A stretch of DNA of 64,000 nt from Mytilus trossulus (GCF_036588685.1 NC_086380.1:2790001-2854000); one strand, 5' to 3'. Counted from the stretch's first letter, positions 38,055-53,073 are shown. Translations and numbers: made by a program. The notes: generated by a model not told the origin, from the sequence alone.

Positions 38055-38685
38055 CTTTTGTCCCTTTAAAGCACTCATCTTGCGATTGTCTTCAATTCCT
38101 TATACTATTTAAAATATCATATTGAACCTCTGCTAAATTAAATTAATTCTAAACGATTATCATCAATGCATCTGTATTCAAAAATGTTATATTACCATAC
38201 ATATATGGAACCTCCTACTGAACATGCATGAAATGATGATTTGAAAAGGTAATGCATTTTACTAGTATTTCACAGTTACTGTTTTTACAAGGTATCTTTA
38301 ATAATATCATACTCGTAACAGAAGTACATAGCCAATTTGGATTGAATTTTTATATATTTGTCTAAATTTCGACAATCGATTGTCCTGCGGGGTACCTATC
38401 AGTGCTTCTATTTTAGATATAATGTACTTGTCATCCCGCTATGACGATCATATCCTTTCACACTTTCTTTTCTTTCAACACGAGATTATGACATAAGGAA
38501 ACAATACCTACATCTTCAAACCAATTAACTATTCTTTGACAAATGAAATACTATTGGTTATCGTATAAGTTTGACATGATTTTGTGAAGTAGATTTTTCC
38601 TTGATAACTATACTAGGTTTTTATTCTATAAATTTGTAAACGAGAAAAAGATATCAAATGCGCTCTTATCTTTATACTGTGTCTC

Positions 38686-38919
38686 ATAATTCGATTTAAA
38701 GGGCTTGACCGTTAAATCACGTTATCAGAGGAAGACAAGACTTGCTACAGTTCATGCACAGGTCAATGTAACGCGCATGTCTTAATTCGATTACACGGCA
38801 TATCAATTTTACCAGCTAAAGCACTCCTCACAATATTTTGAATGCACGGTCTGCTAGGAAGTAACTATATATATCTACGGTCAGATTGTTGAGTTTATTT
38901 TACGCATAATTATTGTAAA
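38686..38919. repeat. 234-bp segment duplicated at 48932-49165
   Basis: ataattcgatttaaagggc...cataattattgtaaa. One mismatch seen between the copies; offset 10,246 bp. Confidence 0.95.
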
Positions 38920-41790
38920 TACTTATCTTAATAATTTTTCAATTTCAACTGATTATTGATTAATTAATTTCAAATCGGTCACATTCAATTTGATAATTTA
39001 TGAATTATTGGACAATTTACTAAAGCAAGGATTTATATATAGTATACAAATCTTTGTCTAAAGTTATTATAATACGAGCGAATTTATTTTAATTTATTTT
39101 TATGATTGTATAATAAATTTTTGATTCGCATAATTTTTAATTCAGTTATATTGATATTTTTGTATCTTTTTATCGAGGTATTAAAATATGAAAACTAGGT
39201 TCCAGGTATTTCTATTCAATTTACATTTCGTAATGCAGATTAAAATGGTAATGTTCCATTATCAGGTATGTTTAACTATTATTTAATAATGGGGTTGTCT
39301 TGTGAGACATTAACACCATCAAATGCAATAATTAATGTATGGTACCATAACGATTTATTGTTCTTTAGCGTGTTTAGGACAGCAGTAAATCGTAAATTAT
39401 ATTTCAAAGTTGAGCATCCGTTAAAAGAAACTAGTGGATAAAATTTGATACGGCAGCTACAGTAATGTCTTTATAACCGATTGTTGTTCAGTCAGCCAAA
39501 TTGCGTTGCATATATACAGCGACATATAATACAATATGTCTCTGATATTTATATTTAATATTTATTTCAAATAATATTCATTCATATTTTGAAGTAATGT
39601 CTTTATAACCGATTGTTTTTTCGGTTATCCAAATTTCATTGCACACATTTTGATATTTATTTAGTGTATAAAATCAAGGATTTGTATAGTTGTATATTAT
39701 TTTAATTATATTTGTTCATATTGACATTTATTGTAAGGTTTATGATGCCTGAGAAGTAAAGGCGTTAAAAGAGGTGTTATAATTGGGGTAAAGAAAATGG
39801 CTTTAGCTACCTGTGAGGTAAAAATAGCTACGCATCGGAAACAGAAACTGAAAGTTTGTTATCTAGGATTATTTCATTCATCAGCAGGATCATTTTTATG
39901 TATGTCAGTCAGAGAAGTGTCAGTATGCCTTATCTAAATACATCAATAAAAAAGGTACTTCTTTTATTCTTTAATTTTAATGTAACTAATTTAGTACATG
40001 ACTTTTTTAGCTTTAGCATTAATTTGAGTAGTAACATTTCGAGCATAATAAGAAAACGATTCTAAATGGCGGATACTATATTGATCCGGATTGCTTTTTA
40101 CTATGAGAGACCATACCACGAATAAGAATAAGATTGATTTAGTTAATTGGTTTCTTATCTATATTTCTCACCACGATTAGAAACATTTCAACATTGATTT
40201 ATTTTATAATTACACTGAGAAGGTATAGTCCCGCAGTCATTTTATATTCAGTGCATATTTTTAGTATGTGTATATATCACGAAGGAATTTTTACATTTTT
40301 CTCTTTGTATCACTCTGACCACAAGTATATCTAAATTTGATTTATTTTCACGCATCTTTATAAAAGAGAGAATCATTTCACTAATCAAGTTTCAGAAACT
40401 AAATCTGCACTACTTGTGCGAAATATAAAAATAAATGGTATCTCGCAGCTATATACAAATTCATCAACAAAATATCAATGATGATGCATTTTATATCAGA
40501 TATTTTTTTGACAACCAATTTGAATTAGGCAAGAGAGCAAAGAAGACTTGGAGCTAGCAGGGTTCAGGTCATAAGTTGGAAACGAGCTGTTTCGGTTAAG
40601 GAAAGCAATTTCCCAGTCTTGTAATTGGGGACCAGTTGATTTAGATCTATGGATATTATTCATGTACCATGATCACAACAAATCATTCATGCCCTGTCTG
40701 TATTATGTGTAATTAATATGATCAAAACTAAGGTCTTGCACAAGGGTAAACCGTCATGACTCACAAAGCTTTTTTTGCGCACGTTTTAATCGTGCCCAGA
40801 AAAATAAAATGCTACATGTAATGGACAAGATAATCAATTGTTGATTTTCAAATATTTACATAAGATGAAAATAGTATTGCCATGTGTTTGACGTTCAAGT
40901 CACGAATCTTTATTGTTTTTTTCGGGGTTTGTTTAAACTAGCTTTATTGGATTTTTCATATGAGTGGAACTAGTAGCTATTAATCCGGGATCCACTTGGG
41001 CATTTTTAACTTTAAAGTTTCCATTAGCCTCAAATTTTAGAAAATTTATCAGCAAGGCAAGACATTTTTACTACTATACTTGGAAAAAGGCTTCGTTGGT
41101 TTATGTCTGTGTCATATTTGTTTTTCGTAAACTGCTTTGTTATAAATTAGGCCGTTAGTTTTCTCGATTGAAATGTTTTATATTTTCCATGTCGGGACCT
41201 CTAATAGCAGACTATATGGTATGGGTTTTTCTCATTGTTGAAAGCCGTAAGGTTGACTATATTTGCTTACATTTACTTCATTTGTACTTTCAAGTGGATA
41301 GTTGTCTCACTGGCAATTATAATCTTTTAATTAACACTAATAACGATTAGAGCAGAAATAGTATACACTTCTGCAAGTTACGTTTACAAACTTTATTACC
41401 AGATGCGTAGATCTCTGATAAAATTATCGTCTGAAAATTGTTGATATAAATTTACAACTTAAGCGAGTTTTTGTCTGGGTTAATGGTTTTCTTTAATCTT
41501 ATGTATATCATTACAGAGGTCAAGAAAAGTCCAAATTAGTTAGGTGATGAATTGATTTTATTGCTTTTGTAGTTTAGATATTAAAGTTGCGTATATCTCA
41601 GACTATAAAATTGCTAATTAGTGCGATTTTGTTATCTGAAAGAGAAACAACGTAATTGGGTTAAATACTGTGAACAGTTATACATGGAATTTTATGTATA
41701 TACGTTTATTAGAGAATACTAGTTTTTGTAAGCAGTCATAAATGATTTGGCATACTAATTGTTGTCGAACGCCATACTAATGATATGCAA

Positions 41791-41870
41791 TAAAACAAAA
41801 ACAAAACAAAACAAAAACAAACAAAACAAAACAATAAACAAAAACAAAATAAAACAAACAAAACAAAATA
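41791..41870. repeat. (AAAAC)n-type microsatellite
   Basis: Imperfect aaaac/aaac/aaaat run. Confidence 0.9.
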
Positions 41871-41884
41871 TTACACGATACCAG

Positions 41885-44800
41885 TTTTTTTTTTTTAATT
41901 TATCATATTTTAATGAAATCTGTACATTTGTTAGTTTAAAACATCAAGTATCGGTACCTTATCCCGGCCTCGTTAACATTAGTAAATATCATATTTATAC
42001 AGTTGTTAGTATTTGTTAGTAATATACATTCAATTTTCAATATTTGAAAGAAAAAAAAAAGAAAAATAAACAGAACGAAGTTTACTAATGAGATTTTCAA
42101 ATACAATTATTTGTATAACAAATGCACAGGTTTTGAAAAATATATATACTGTTTTCTATATTAAATTTCTCTTTTCCTTATTTGCACATGAACATAATAG
42201 GTTACACACATTTGTATGCATAATAGTTATATACACTAAAAAATAGTTTGATACATTGCAGATAATGATTTTAAGACAGAGGCTGTTTGGATATGAAATA
42301 TATACACTATATGTGAAGTCTATTTGGTTTTTGTTTTTTTTGTTTTTATGATAGTAAAGGAGTCCAGGGGTTCCAGCAGTTTTCTGCCCTACTGAGTAAT
42401 TTATTTTTATAGAATATATTTTTTTCTATCAATAAGTTTTCCTTCAAATAATTTTAAGTGCTATTATATTGGTTTGTTCCATAGCTAATTTGCTTCTATA
42501 GATGTAGAATTTTGTTAGCAGAAGTATTATGTTTCTTATATCATTTTTATCTGTTTTTGTTAAAATACCAAATAAAACCAAATCAATATTTAAAGTTAGT
42601 TCTATTTCTGTCTTCTCAAATATCCAGAAGTTAAGGTCTTCCCATAATTTTGATATATATGGGCACGTCCAGAATATATGTTCTATTGTTTCGACCCCTC
42701 CGCACCCAAAACTGCAAATATTTGTATCTTTAATTTTAATTTTAAGGAGGAGTTCATTTGTGCCTAAGATTCGATGTATTATTCTGTATTGAAACCACTG
42801 TAATTTTGATTTTTTTGTTATATGAAAGGGCAGTACATGAATATTTTTCCAATTGAAGTTTGCATTGAGAATTAATGACCATTTTTGTTCACATTTTTGT
42901 TTAGGATTTGATTTGTTACCATTCAAAATGTTATACATATCTTTTGAACCTTTCTGGGATTTAAAAAAAACCTTTAACACTGAGGGCAAAACAGGACCGT
43001 TTTCTCTCTTTAAGTCATTTGGACATATTTGATATTCTTTTAAATACTTTTTGATTGACGAAATTAGGCCTTGATATGTGAGAAAATTAGTTTTAATATT
43101 GTATACCTTATTAAAGTGATCAAAAGTCATAAAATTTCCATCTTCCTGTAACAAGTCATTGATCAGCCAAACCCCTTTTTTTGTCCAATCTTTATATAGT
43201 ACTGGATTGTTACCAATCTTTATTCTCTCATTCTTCCATAAAGGGCATGTTTAAATTTGACAGTTATTTTGTACATTTTGTAGATCTTGCCATGCGTCAA
43301 ATACTTCTTTCCAAAATGGATTATTCAACTTTTTATAAGGACCAAGAAATTGCATTTCCAAAAAATTCAAATTTTCTGAAAAGAGGAATAGTTTTACTAG
43401 TTTTGAATTATTTCTATTAATTCTTCTTATCCAGGTTAATTTAAGACCTTTTATATAGTTTTCAATATTTATCATTTTTAGTCCTCCTAAACAGTGCGGT
43501 TTGGATAAGGTGTCTCTATTGACTTTATCTGGTTTGTTATCCCAAATAAAGGAAAATATTTTTTCAGTAAAATGTTTCAGCTTTGTGCTATTTGGACTAG
43601 GTATGGATAGGAATAGATGGTTTAATTTTGATATTATAAGTGTTTTTATCACTGTAATTTTTCCAATTGGTGACAGTATTTGATTAGTCCAAGTTTTTAT
43701 AATGTTTTCAATTTCTTTTAACCTTGGGTTATAGTTTAAATTTTCAATTTCACTAATATCCACTGAGAAATTTATCCCAAGAAGTGTAAATCTGCTGGAA
43801 CCCCATTCCAATCCCCACTTGACACACATAGTTTCTTGGCTAAACCTTTTCTTCCCAATCCAAACAACCTTGGTCTTGTCTAAGTTTATATTGAGACCTG
43901 ATAAATCTGCATATTTATCTAGAGTACGGAGAGATGCATCCAAAGATTCAGGTGATCCATCAAGTATAAGAGAGGTATCATCTGCATATTGTGATATGAG
44001 ATATTCTGAGTCATCTATAGTGATTCCTTTAACCTTGTCATTATTTCGTATAAGTATACCCAGTATTTCTGCACATAGTAAAAATATATAAGGTGATAGG
44101 GTATCCCCTTGTCGGCAGCCCCTCTGAATCTAAAAAAAATCTGAGAGATTGCAATTTTGAGTTACTGCAGATTGAATCTTAGTATAAAAAGTAGTGATCC
44201 AATGTTTAATAGAAGGCCCAAAATTAAAAAAGTCTAATACACTTTCAATAAAACTCCAAGAAATTGAATCAAACGCCTTTTCAAAATCAATAAGGAGGAG
44301 AATACCAGGTATATCATGTTCTTCTGTATACAATAAAATATCATAAATTAGTCTAGTATTTTCACCAATATATCTACCAGGGATGAACCCTGTTTGATCA
44401 TTATTTATGAGAAGTGATAAAATAGACTTCAAACGCTCTGCGATACAGCTAGACCCTAGTTTATATATTGTGTTTAAAAGACTTATTGGTCGCCAGTTTT
44501 TCATATATTGTCTTGGTTTATCTCCCTTTGGTATACAAATAATTATCCCTCTTTTTTGGGATACTGACATTTCACCCATATTATACCCATAGTTGATTGA
44601 TCTAAGAACAAATTTACCTAAATCTATCCAAAAGAATTTAAAAAACTCACTGGTGTATCCATCAGATCCTGGGCTTTTGTTACTTTTCATTCTTTTAATA
44701 GCAGATGTTAATTCTGAATAGGAGATTTTTCCCTCAAGGGTATCCCTTATTTCATTTGTTAACTTGGGAACGTCTAAAAATGGAATTTCCTTATTGAGAT

Positions 44801-47161
44801 CAACACTATTTATTGTATCTTTCTTTGAATATAAATTTTTATAGAAGTTTTTAGCTTCCAATAAAATATGTTCTTGTTTGTTTATTAAACAGCCTTCATT
44901 ATTGACTAGTTTTGGAATTGTTTTATTAACAAAGTTCTTAGTTTCTAAGTTGAGAAAATATTTTGAGGATCTTTCTCCTTCTTTACCCATTGCATTTTTG
45001 AGCGAACATAGTGACCACGCATTTTTTCTTGTCTTAAAATTTGTAATTCAGATTTCTTTTGGTTGAGATCTTCAAGAGCTTCTGTGGTTTGTATATTTTC
45101 TTCTAATTTTTGAATTTCATGTATTAAAGCATTTTCCAATTTATTTTTTTCTTTCTTTTTATATGATGCAAAGGAAATTGTTTTACCCCTAATTTCTGTC
45201 ATTAATGTTTCTAAGAACAGCTGATCATTTATTGTAAATTGAATATCTAAGCCATAAATCTGGTCCAGTGGGTCTCTATTGTATACTAAAGTTGCATATT
45301 GATCTTTTACTTGTTTTATTTTTTCTTTAACAGATTTAACATATTCCATATCGTACAATAAACTATTATTAAACTTCCACAAACCCTTCCCAATATTGAA
45401 ATCACTTATTTTAAAGTGTAGAACTATAGGTGAATGGTCAGATCTATAGCTGTGTTGAATTTCTACTTCTTTTACATTTTGATAGAAACTTCGAGATATA
45501 AGAAAAAGGTCAAGCCTAGCTTGCTTCAGAGGATGAGTTTTTCTCCATGTAAATCGTTTCTTGTCTGGGTAGTATTCTCGAAAGGGATCAATTAGATCAT
45601 AAGTTTCAATAAGTTCAAAGATTTTTTCTCTTGCTCTTGGATTATTTATATTAAGATAGTTGTATGTATCTAATGCCTGATTTTGAACTAAGTTAAAATC
45701 CCCTGTCAGAATAACTTGTTGGTAATTAAAGTTTTCTATTATTTCATTAACTTTATTATAAAAAGATGGTGAGTCATTATTTGGTCCATATAAATTAACA
45801 AGTGTTATATTTTTACCTTCAATTGAAATATCTACACCAAGAAAATTTCCATTATCATCTTTCTTTATCTTATTTATTTTAAAATCAAGATTATTTGCAA
45901 ATAAAATGGCAACTCCTCTTTGATTTGAAGCAAAAGAATTGAAAATGCATTCTCCTCCCCATTGGTTTCTTATAAATGATTCATCTTTTTCAGTAAAGTG
46001 TGTGTCTTGAAGACAGTAAATATGACAGAGCTTTGATTTTAAGTATTCGAATACATCTCTCCGCTTCTCTCTAGAATTTAAACCTTGACAGTTGTATGAG
46101 AAAATTTTTAAAGAATCCTTAGTCATTTAAATAGCTAGATATATATAGCATAAACATTCCATTTATAATTTTTATTCCTTTTATCACACTTTGACTCATA
46201 CAACTGTCTATGAAAATACAAAACTGTAATATTATATATGAATAAACAAGTTGATATATAAATCTATCTTCATGCATAAATAAATCTTTATAAAACATTG
46301 TGCAAACATCATAAGAATTGAAATAAATAAAAAAAGCAAGAGTAACAACAATCATGATTGTAATATTGTGATATGTTTTCTGATTTTTTATAAATAAAAA
46401 CAAATTTTGGATTACCTGTTTCCAAAGAAAGGGGTTACTGGAGAAAAAAACTAACAAATGTATACCCATTCAAGCTAAATTTCAACAATCAAAGAGAGAT
46501 AATCCAAAATATTTTCTCCACTTAATTGTAAGATTGCAAACATGTATATTTTAGTCAAGATTTTAGTCAGCATAGTAATTCTATGGCTATTATCAAAGTC
46601 TTAATTTGAATGTTATATAATTGTTCTTGTTATTCCTAGGGTATTATTTTTCACAATTGTCCAAAGAAAGACCTTGGTCTCATAACCATAAAATGGACAC
46701 ATATTTTGATATTTAAAATGTTTTCCTTTTTCGAGCAACGAGTCATGTATGTTGGTTATTTAAAACGAGGATGCAAATTTCTTGTACATAATGTACTGCA
46801 ATACCAAACCAATTGAACAAAGCAGCACAAAAAAAAACAATTTAGCATAAAGTAGCATGCACTTTCATATAAATGAAAACAAGCAATTGCAAACATGTTT
46901 CAACAGTTACAAAAGTAAGCATGTCAAGCCTAAAGCAAATAAAATAAAATGGCTGTAGTCAATAAATACAACTTGGATTCAACCCTAGACTATAACTTTT
47001 CCTCCGAAATAATTTATCAATTAAGACATTAAACATTTCAGCCCGTGGTTAAATATCCACATGAAAAATAAATATATAAGTGCATATTTAGAAAGCTGTC
47101 TGAAAAAAGAGAACTGATTCCCTTTTCCCTTTTTTTCCCCCTTTTTTACCAGTTTTAAAAA
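41885..47161 (-). mobile_element. L1/Tx1-type LINE: essentially full ORF2 (about 42355-46126) with several frameshifts, 3' UTR and poly(A); no ORF1 recognised
   Basis: EN: SYNCQGLN, LQDTH, NLYGPNND, GDFN, ARLDLF, SDHSP. RT: KSPGSDG, NWRPISLLN, IDFEKAFDS, GCRQGDTLSPY, ISQYADDTS (about 43971-43997). Tail: CSFGC..ETIEHIFWTC. Poly(T) on the + strand at 41885-41896. The 5' boundary is taken from a candidate TSD and is less certain. Confidence 0.88.
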
Positions 47162-48588
47162 ATACCAGTTTTAATGCCGTATTGACGAGCGCCCCTAAGA
47201 CGGCTAATATTCCATCGGCTATTTTTAGAGTCAAATTTTTGGGGGGTCTTAACTGCACCTCAGTTTTAAAAGTTTTTGTCTGGGCAACGCGATTCATTAA
47301 CTAGTTTGAATTGACTTTGAACATGCTTTCAGTAACTGCGAGTACTCTTAGGTGGGTACTTGATGTCTTTAGTCTATTTGTTAGTTGTGTATTGTGTTTT
47401 GTGTCTAGCTAATGAGTTAAACCTACCTCAACTTTGTTTTATTTTGTGTTGTTAACCCGGCGATGTCCCCGGTTACGGTAGGGATAAATTCTCACAAACT
47501 TGTTGTGTGTCGCAGTCTTTTATACTTGTTGTACGTTTAAATTGAGATATACTTAAATATGGCTTTGTTTTCTTGTTTGCCGGGACCCTTTGTTGCTATT
47601 ATACTGTTTGGACTATGTTTATTGGTGAATGCTGTACGGTGGTATATAGCTGTTTACGACCACGCTATTAAGTTTAAAAATAGTTCATGTCAGATCTTCT
47701 AGTTTATATATTTTCTGATAGTAAAAGTAGAATTCAGCCAATGGTAATATAAAAAGTATCAACCATATATCTGATTACAAACATACATATAACAGTTGGC
47801 AAGTCAAATATTTTTTATCTGTTATCATATCAATTTTATTTATTTTTCTATATTGTAAATTACCAATCTAGAGCTGATTATTGATTGATTGTCAATTTAA
47901 GATATTTCATGTTTCCAAAAGCATGCTTGGAAAGTGGGGGTTTTCAATCACCAAAACTTCGTTGTTGCTCGGAAGTTTGTAGTTACTTATGGTTGTGTTC
48001 TCTTATACATTTTCGTATCACAATTTTTTAGCAAGGTCAAAGTGTTATGGGGCACTTTAAGTAAAGAGATAAACTAATCGTATGCTCATTTTTGAAGGGC
48101 CCTGCAATATTAAGTAATCCACTAAAATGAACATGACATCGGACAACCGTTCTATACGATAGGTCCTAACTTATAAGCGATTTGATTTTCTCCAAGATTT
48201 GTTACCTTAGTCAAATTTGCTTTGTTCAAATGTTACCACGATTGCAATACAAGCACAAGATTCCAAATAAGTGATTGAACCAAACTACAGTGAGAAGGAA
48301 TATGTTATTTGTCAGATTTGAAAGCTATCTAATTTTATACAAGTTACAAGTTACAATTTTAATTTATGCTATTATCTATTTTCATCTATTTATTGTCTAT
48401 CAAACGGCGAAGTAGGTTATTGGCTTCGGGAATCGGTTAGCTAGTAGTGACTGCGGTCAGATTCTTGTTATTACACAATATAACAATCAGAGTTATCTGT
48501 TATATCGACTCTCAATGTATGGTACTGGTTGGCGGTAACAAGTTCCAAAACATTCTTTGTGAAATCAGTGTTTTTGAACTTGTTTAGT

Positions 48589-49761
48589 GGCGGACTTTAT
48601 AGGCTGCGCCAGTACCGATGAACTTGATTTATCACTGTATTATTATTTCATTTGGAACATTAATCCATGTTATCTTTATTTTCACCTCAAACGAAATTTC
48701 TCATGTTGATTTTGGACATCTGTTGCCAGGGTTCAATTCAGCACCCCATTATTTCAAAATTTTCAATTCATTTTAGTTTTTATTTGAATTTTGAATTTTA
48801 TTTATCTATTTTATTTGCATTTTATTTACGGTTGCCCAAAGACCCTTTGTTTGTGGGTTGGTAACCGACAGAAGCCATGATCTTACTTCGCCAATAAAAT
48901 ATATTTTGACTTTAATAACGTCTTCTCTCTTATAATTCGATTTAAAGGGCTAGACCGTTAAATCACGTTATCAGAGGAAGACAAGACTTGCTACAGTTCA
49001 TGCACAGGTCAATGTAACGCGCATGTCTTAATTCGATTACACGGCATATCAATTTTACCAGCTAAAGCACTCCTCACAATATTTTGAATGCACGGTCTGC
49101 TAGGAAGTAACTATATATATCTACGGTCAGATTGTTGAGTTTATTTTACGCATAATTATTGTAAACCCACCCATCCCTCCTCTTATATTTTTTCGATACT
49201 GCTGTTTTATGTCTTATTTTACAGATTTCTGCTTGTTTTTAACCTCAACATAGAACTCCTGTCACGGCTTCTGGATTTACAACTCTTCGCCAGTCTATAA
49301 ACACGATTAACCACATTATGCCGTCCATCTGACGAGTGATAACGGATTAACAGTCATAGTGAACCGATAAATAATGTTATGACAGTCTTTTAGAAGAGTT
49401 CATCACTAGGGCGGACTTTATAGGCTGCACCAGTACCGATGAACTTGATTTATCACTGTATTATTATTTCATTTAGAACATTAATCCATGTTATCTTTAT
49501 TTTCACCTCAAACGAAATTTCTCATGTTGATTTTGGACATCTGTTGCCAGGGTTCAATTCAGCACCCCATTATTTCAAAATTTTCAATTCATTTTAGTTT
49601 TTATTTGAATTTTGAATTTTATTTATCTATTTTATTTGCATTTTATTTACGGTTGCCCAAAGACCCTTTGTTTGTGGGTTGGTAACCGACAGAAGCCATG
49701 ATCTTACTTCGCCAATAAAATATATTTTGACTTTAATAACGTCTTCTCTCTTATAACTCGA
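48589..49761. repeat. Pair of ~350-bp direct repeats (48589-48940 and 49410-49761) enclosing two foreign segments
   Basis: Copies are offset by 821 bp with about 3 mismatches. The intervening DNA is a copy of 38686-38919 plus a 244-bp piece not seen elsewhere in the window. Confidence 0.92.
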
Positions 49762-52659
49762 AACTCTACAACTTTAGATGAGATTTTTTAACACATAGTT
49801 CTATTAAAACATTTAAAACGTACATTAACGGAATTAAAATTGTTAACGTTTTGTTGAATGTATCTATTTGAATCCTAAGAAACCTAAATGATAGATTTAC
49901 CAAGTAGGATAGTAAGTATAGTTGGCATTCAATCTGTATCTTTGGTATTTCAAGGAGAAATATGTTTTAAAAATCTGATTTAAATGACTTCTTCCTTATT
50001 TTGTTAATATATCAATAATGATTGGTTATTACATAATAAAGAATATAGTCAAGTTAGTTTACCATCAACAGTGTCGTTTTCTGGAGAGGTCTTTGACAGA
50101 TATATCTACAATTGCATACAAACAAATCGTCAATTCATAACACTAAGTAAGATTTAAGAGAGCAACTATTTTGTTTTATTGGAGAATATAATTCGCATGA
50201 TAGAAAAGGTGTATTTTATTTGTGAAATTAAAACATTTACTAAAAATAAATTGGTGCAGCGCTTATGACATTCAGGTTGATATCTTTGGGTGTTTCTTGT
50301 TAAGTGTAATCCAAAAGAGATCGTTGGACACATTATAGAGAATAGATAAAAAAGAAAATTGGTACCCCACGAATAAAATTATTTTCACAGTAGTTCGTTT
50401 CGATGTATGCTGCATTGTCGTTTCATTGTTGTTGCACTTCGGTGTTTCTGTTTTCACTCATAGTTGATGTGTTTCTTCAGTTTTCTGTCAATCGATTTAT
50501 ACCTTTTAAACAGCGGTATACTACTATTGTTTTTATCTAAATTACTAATGATTGATGATGTTAGTGCTGCATTTATTGTATAAATATTTCGTTTACCGTG
50601 GCATCCAATGGCATATCTGTTGCGTTACATTTTATAACACACGTGTCTGTTCCATCAATACATTGGAATATAAGTCTAATATCTGGTTTTGCTGCTACAA
50701 CATAAAACATTTCAGTCAATTGCAGCAATTCAATTGTCAAACACACTCGAAACATTATTATTTACGACCAAAACACTGGCAATAGAAAAAAGGTAGTTGG
50801 TATGATTGGCAATGAGACCGATGTCCACCAGACTAAAAGGACATCGTACGCGTGTGGTATTTTTTTAAGACAAATACCACAGCGTATAGAAAGGGCGAAA
50901 AAATAATATATTATTGCGAATAATGATTAAATACGATTTGACATAAAACAAAATTTGAGAATCAATCTGCATAATAAATGTAAATTTTTTCTCTGTAATC
51001 TTAACTTTGTTTTTCCTTTTTTCACCTTTTTTTCGTTTCAATACAACCCAACAAGAATGGATATGTAGTTGTATATTGGTTAATTTCAGCGTTAGAAACT
51101 GGTGACACTATGATTCAAGGTTATTCCCCTGTACGTTCAGTAAAGATCTCGGGTAAGATGTTCATACAATGAACCGTTGATCGCTTGAAAGGAGTTAAAA
51201 AAAGAATAAAAGATCTGGAATTATCCTTTGATCGAATTATAATTGATATACTGCAATTATGTTTTAACAATTTATTATGAATATACGAATGAAAATATAT
51301 ACATATGGTGTTGACAAAAACAATTATTTGATATTTTGTGTTTATTGTACAAAAAAAGTTTAAAAAACAAAAAACATCAATATTTTGAGGAAAATTTTAC
51401 CAAACATTGCATTTGAATTATTATTTTTTTATTTTTTTTTTTTTTGAGGTCATTGTGAGCTACTTGGAGATCATTCGGTACTATAATACATTTTATTTAA
51501 GAAATAATTCATGAAGGCATTAGATTTCTATTTGAAAACGGTTAAAAAAACACTGAAGCAGAGAAAAGTATGCTGTTTATGGAGTTGTTTTATTTGACAC
51601 CGTTATTTTTTTTTAAATATGTTTAAATATATTGCATTGATTGTTTCCTTAATAGCCCCTAGAAACAGTATGTTAAATCCTTATAATCATCAATCCATAA
51701 ATTGTTTTCGTGGAGTGCAATGAATTGTCAAATCCGCAGTTGACATTACTATTCAGTGAGACTCCATGTGTACACGGTGACAGTCATAAATGACGGAGAA
51801 TACAACCAAAATGGAACATTAGGCAGTACATTCGATGTTTTGGTTTTTTTCGATTGAATTATTTCATATTCTCTAGAAATATGTAATATGTAAAAAAAAG
51901 ACTTTCATTGCAAGATTATTAAATTGATGAATCAAATCCTTGAAAGAAAATTTTTCTGAAAAACTCTTTCTTTTTAGATTTTGATAACTGAAAGGTAAAA
52001 TTTTCAACGGAAAGTCCCAAATTAAATGGCAAAATCAAAACTTCAAACACATTAAACGATTCCATAAATATTTACTGTTCAATTTTCCTGTTTTTACAAT
52101 AGAATAAACTTAAGGTGAACTCTTTCTATAATATTAGTACATACTTACAACTTCTCGTCCAACCAAATTGCTTATATTTGCCTTCTAATTTTCACAGTAC
52201 ATAATTTTTCCATGTACTAAGTAACTACGCATGAATTACTACAAGGGTAAGATTTCATTGTATCGTAATCAAGATATTAAAACAAAAATTATTCTGGCTT
52301 TTTTTAAATAAATTATGTGTTCTAAATTAAACTAAATAGTTTGCAATTAGTTTTAAAGTTGATTTTTAAACATTGTACCATTTTATCTTTGGATCTAAAA
52401 TTTTTTTTGTTTAAATAAAGATTAACACGTATGTTTTTTGATACCTTGAGTACAACACCATCTAAAAATTGTAATCATTTATCCTCCATGCAAATACTTT
52501 GTACACAAAAAAAGTGAACCATAAAACCACAGTTTGAAGGGAAATTAAAAGCAATTTGATCTATTTCGTCATGAATTGATTGATAATTGGTTGATTAATG
52601 TCCAGTAACAAATAATTCATGCACGTAAACTACCCATGTTACTCTCTATTTGTAAATAA

Positions 52660-52817
52660 CAGGGGTAGATCCATACATTTTTAAAAGGGTTCCCAACCCA
52701 AGATAAAGGAGGGGAATTCAACTGTATGTCCTCATTCAATTGCATTGGTCATCAGGAAAAGGGTGTTTTCTATCGTCCTCCCGAACTCCCCGGTCCCTCT
52801 TTTTGGATCTCCCACTG
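52660..52817. mobile_element. Degenerate copy of the small MITE at 1152-1291
   Basis: caggggtagatcca...gggttcccaaccca...tgcattggtc...tggatctcccactg. Confidence 0.65.
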
Positions 52818-53073
52818 CAAATTATGCTTTAAGGTCAATGTTTTTTTATCATCTTACTATGTAAAGAAGTACATATATAGTAAAACACCGCTTTATGTCA
52901 ATAAACATACTCACACCAGCAGCTACCTTCTTTTTATTATGGATTCAATATTTTACAATGATACTAGTGAGTAGATTTACAAAACTATGAAAATGAGCTA
53001 CACTCAGTCAGCCAAACCATATCAATAGACTAATTACAGGATTACTTAAGTTGTAAATATGTGCTTAATTGGA

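Noticed and set aside
39200-40640. Plus-strand exon-like segments (e.g. DYFIHQQDHFYVCQSEKCQYALSKYINKK at about 39867-39954)
   Set aside because: Some splice-like signals, but neighbouring segments contain stops and I recognise no protein family.
46119-46469. LINE ORF1
   Set aside because: Only 116 aa of F/I/Y-rich composition typical of AT-rich non-coding DNA; no coiled-coil, RRM or zinc-knuckle features.
48667-49685. Two identical 65-aa ORFs, or an LTR/TRIM element
   Set aside because: The ORFs are AT-rich by-products of the duplication, and the repeats lack TG...CA ends, PBS/PPT and a TSD.
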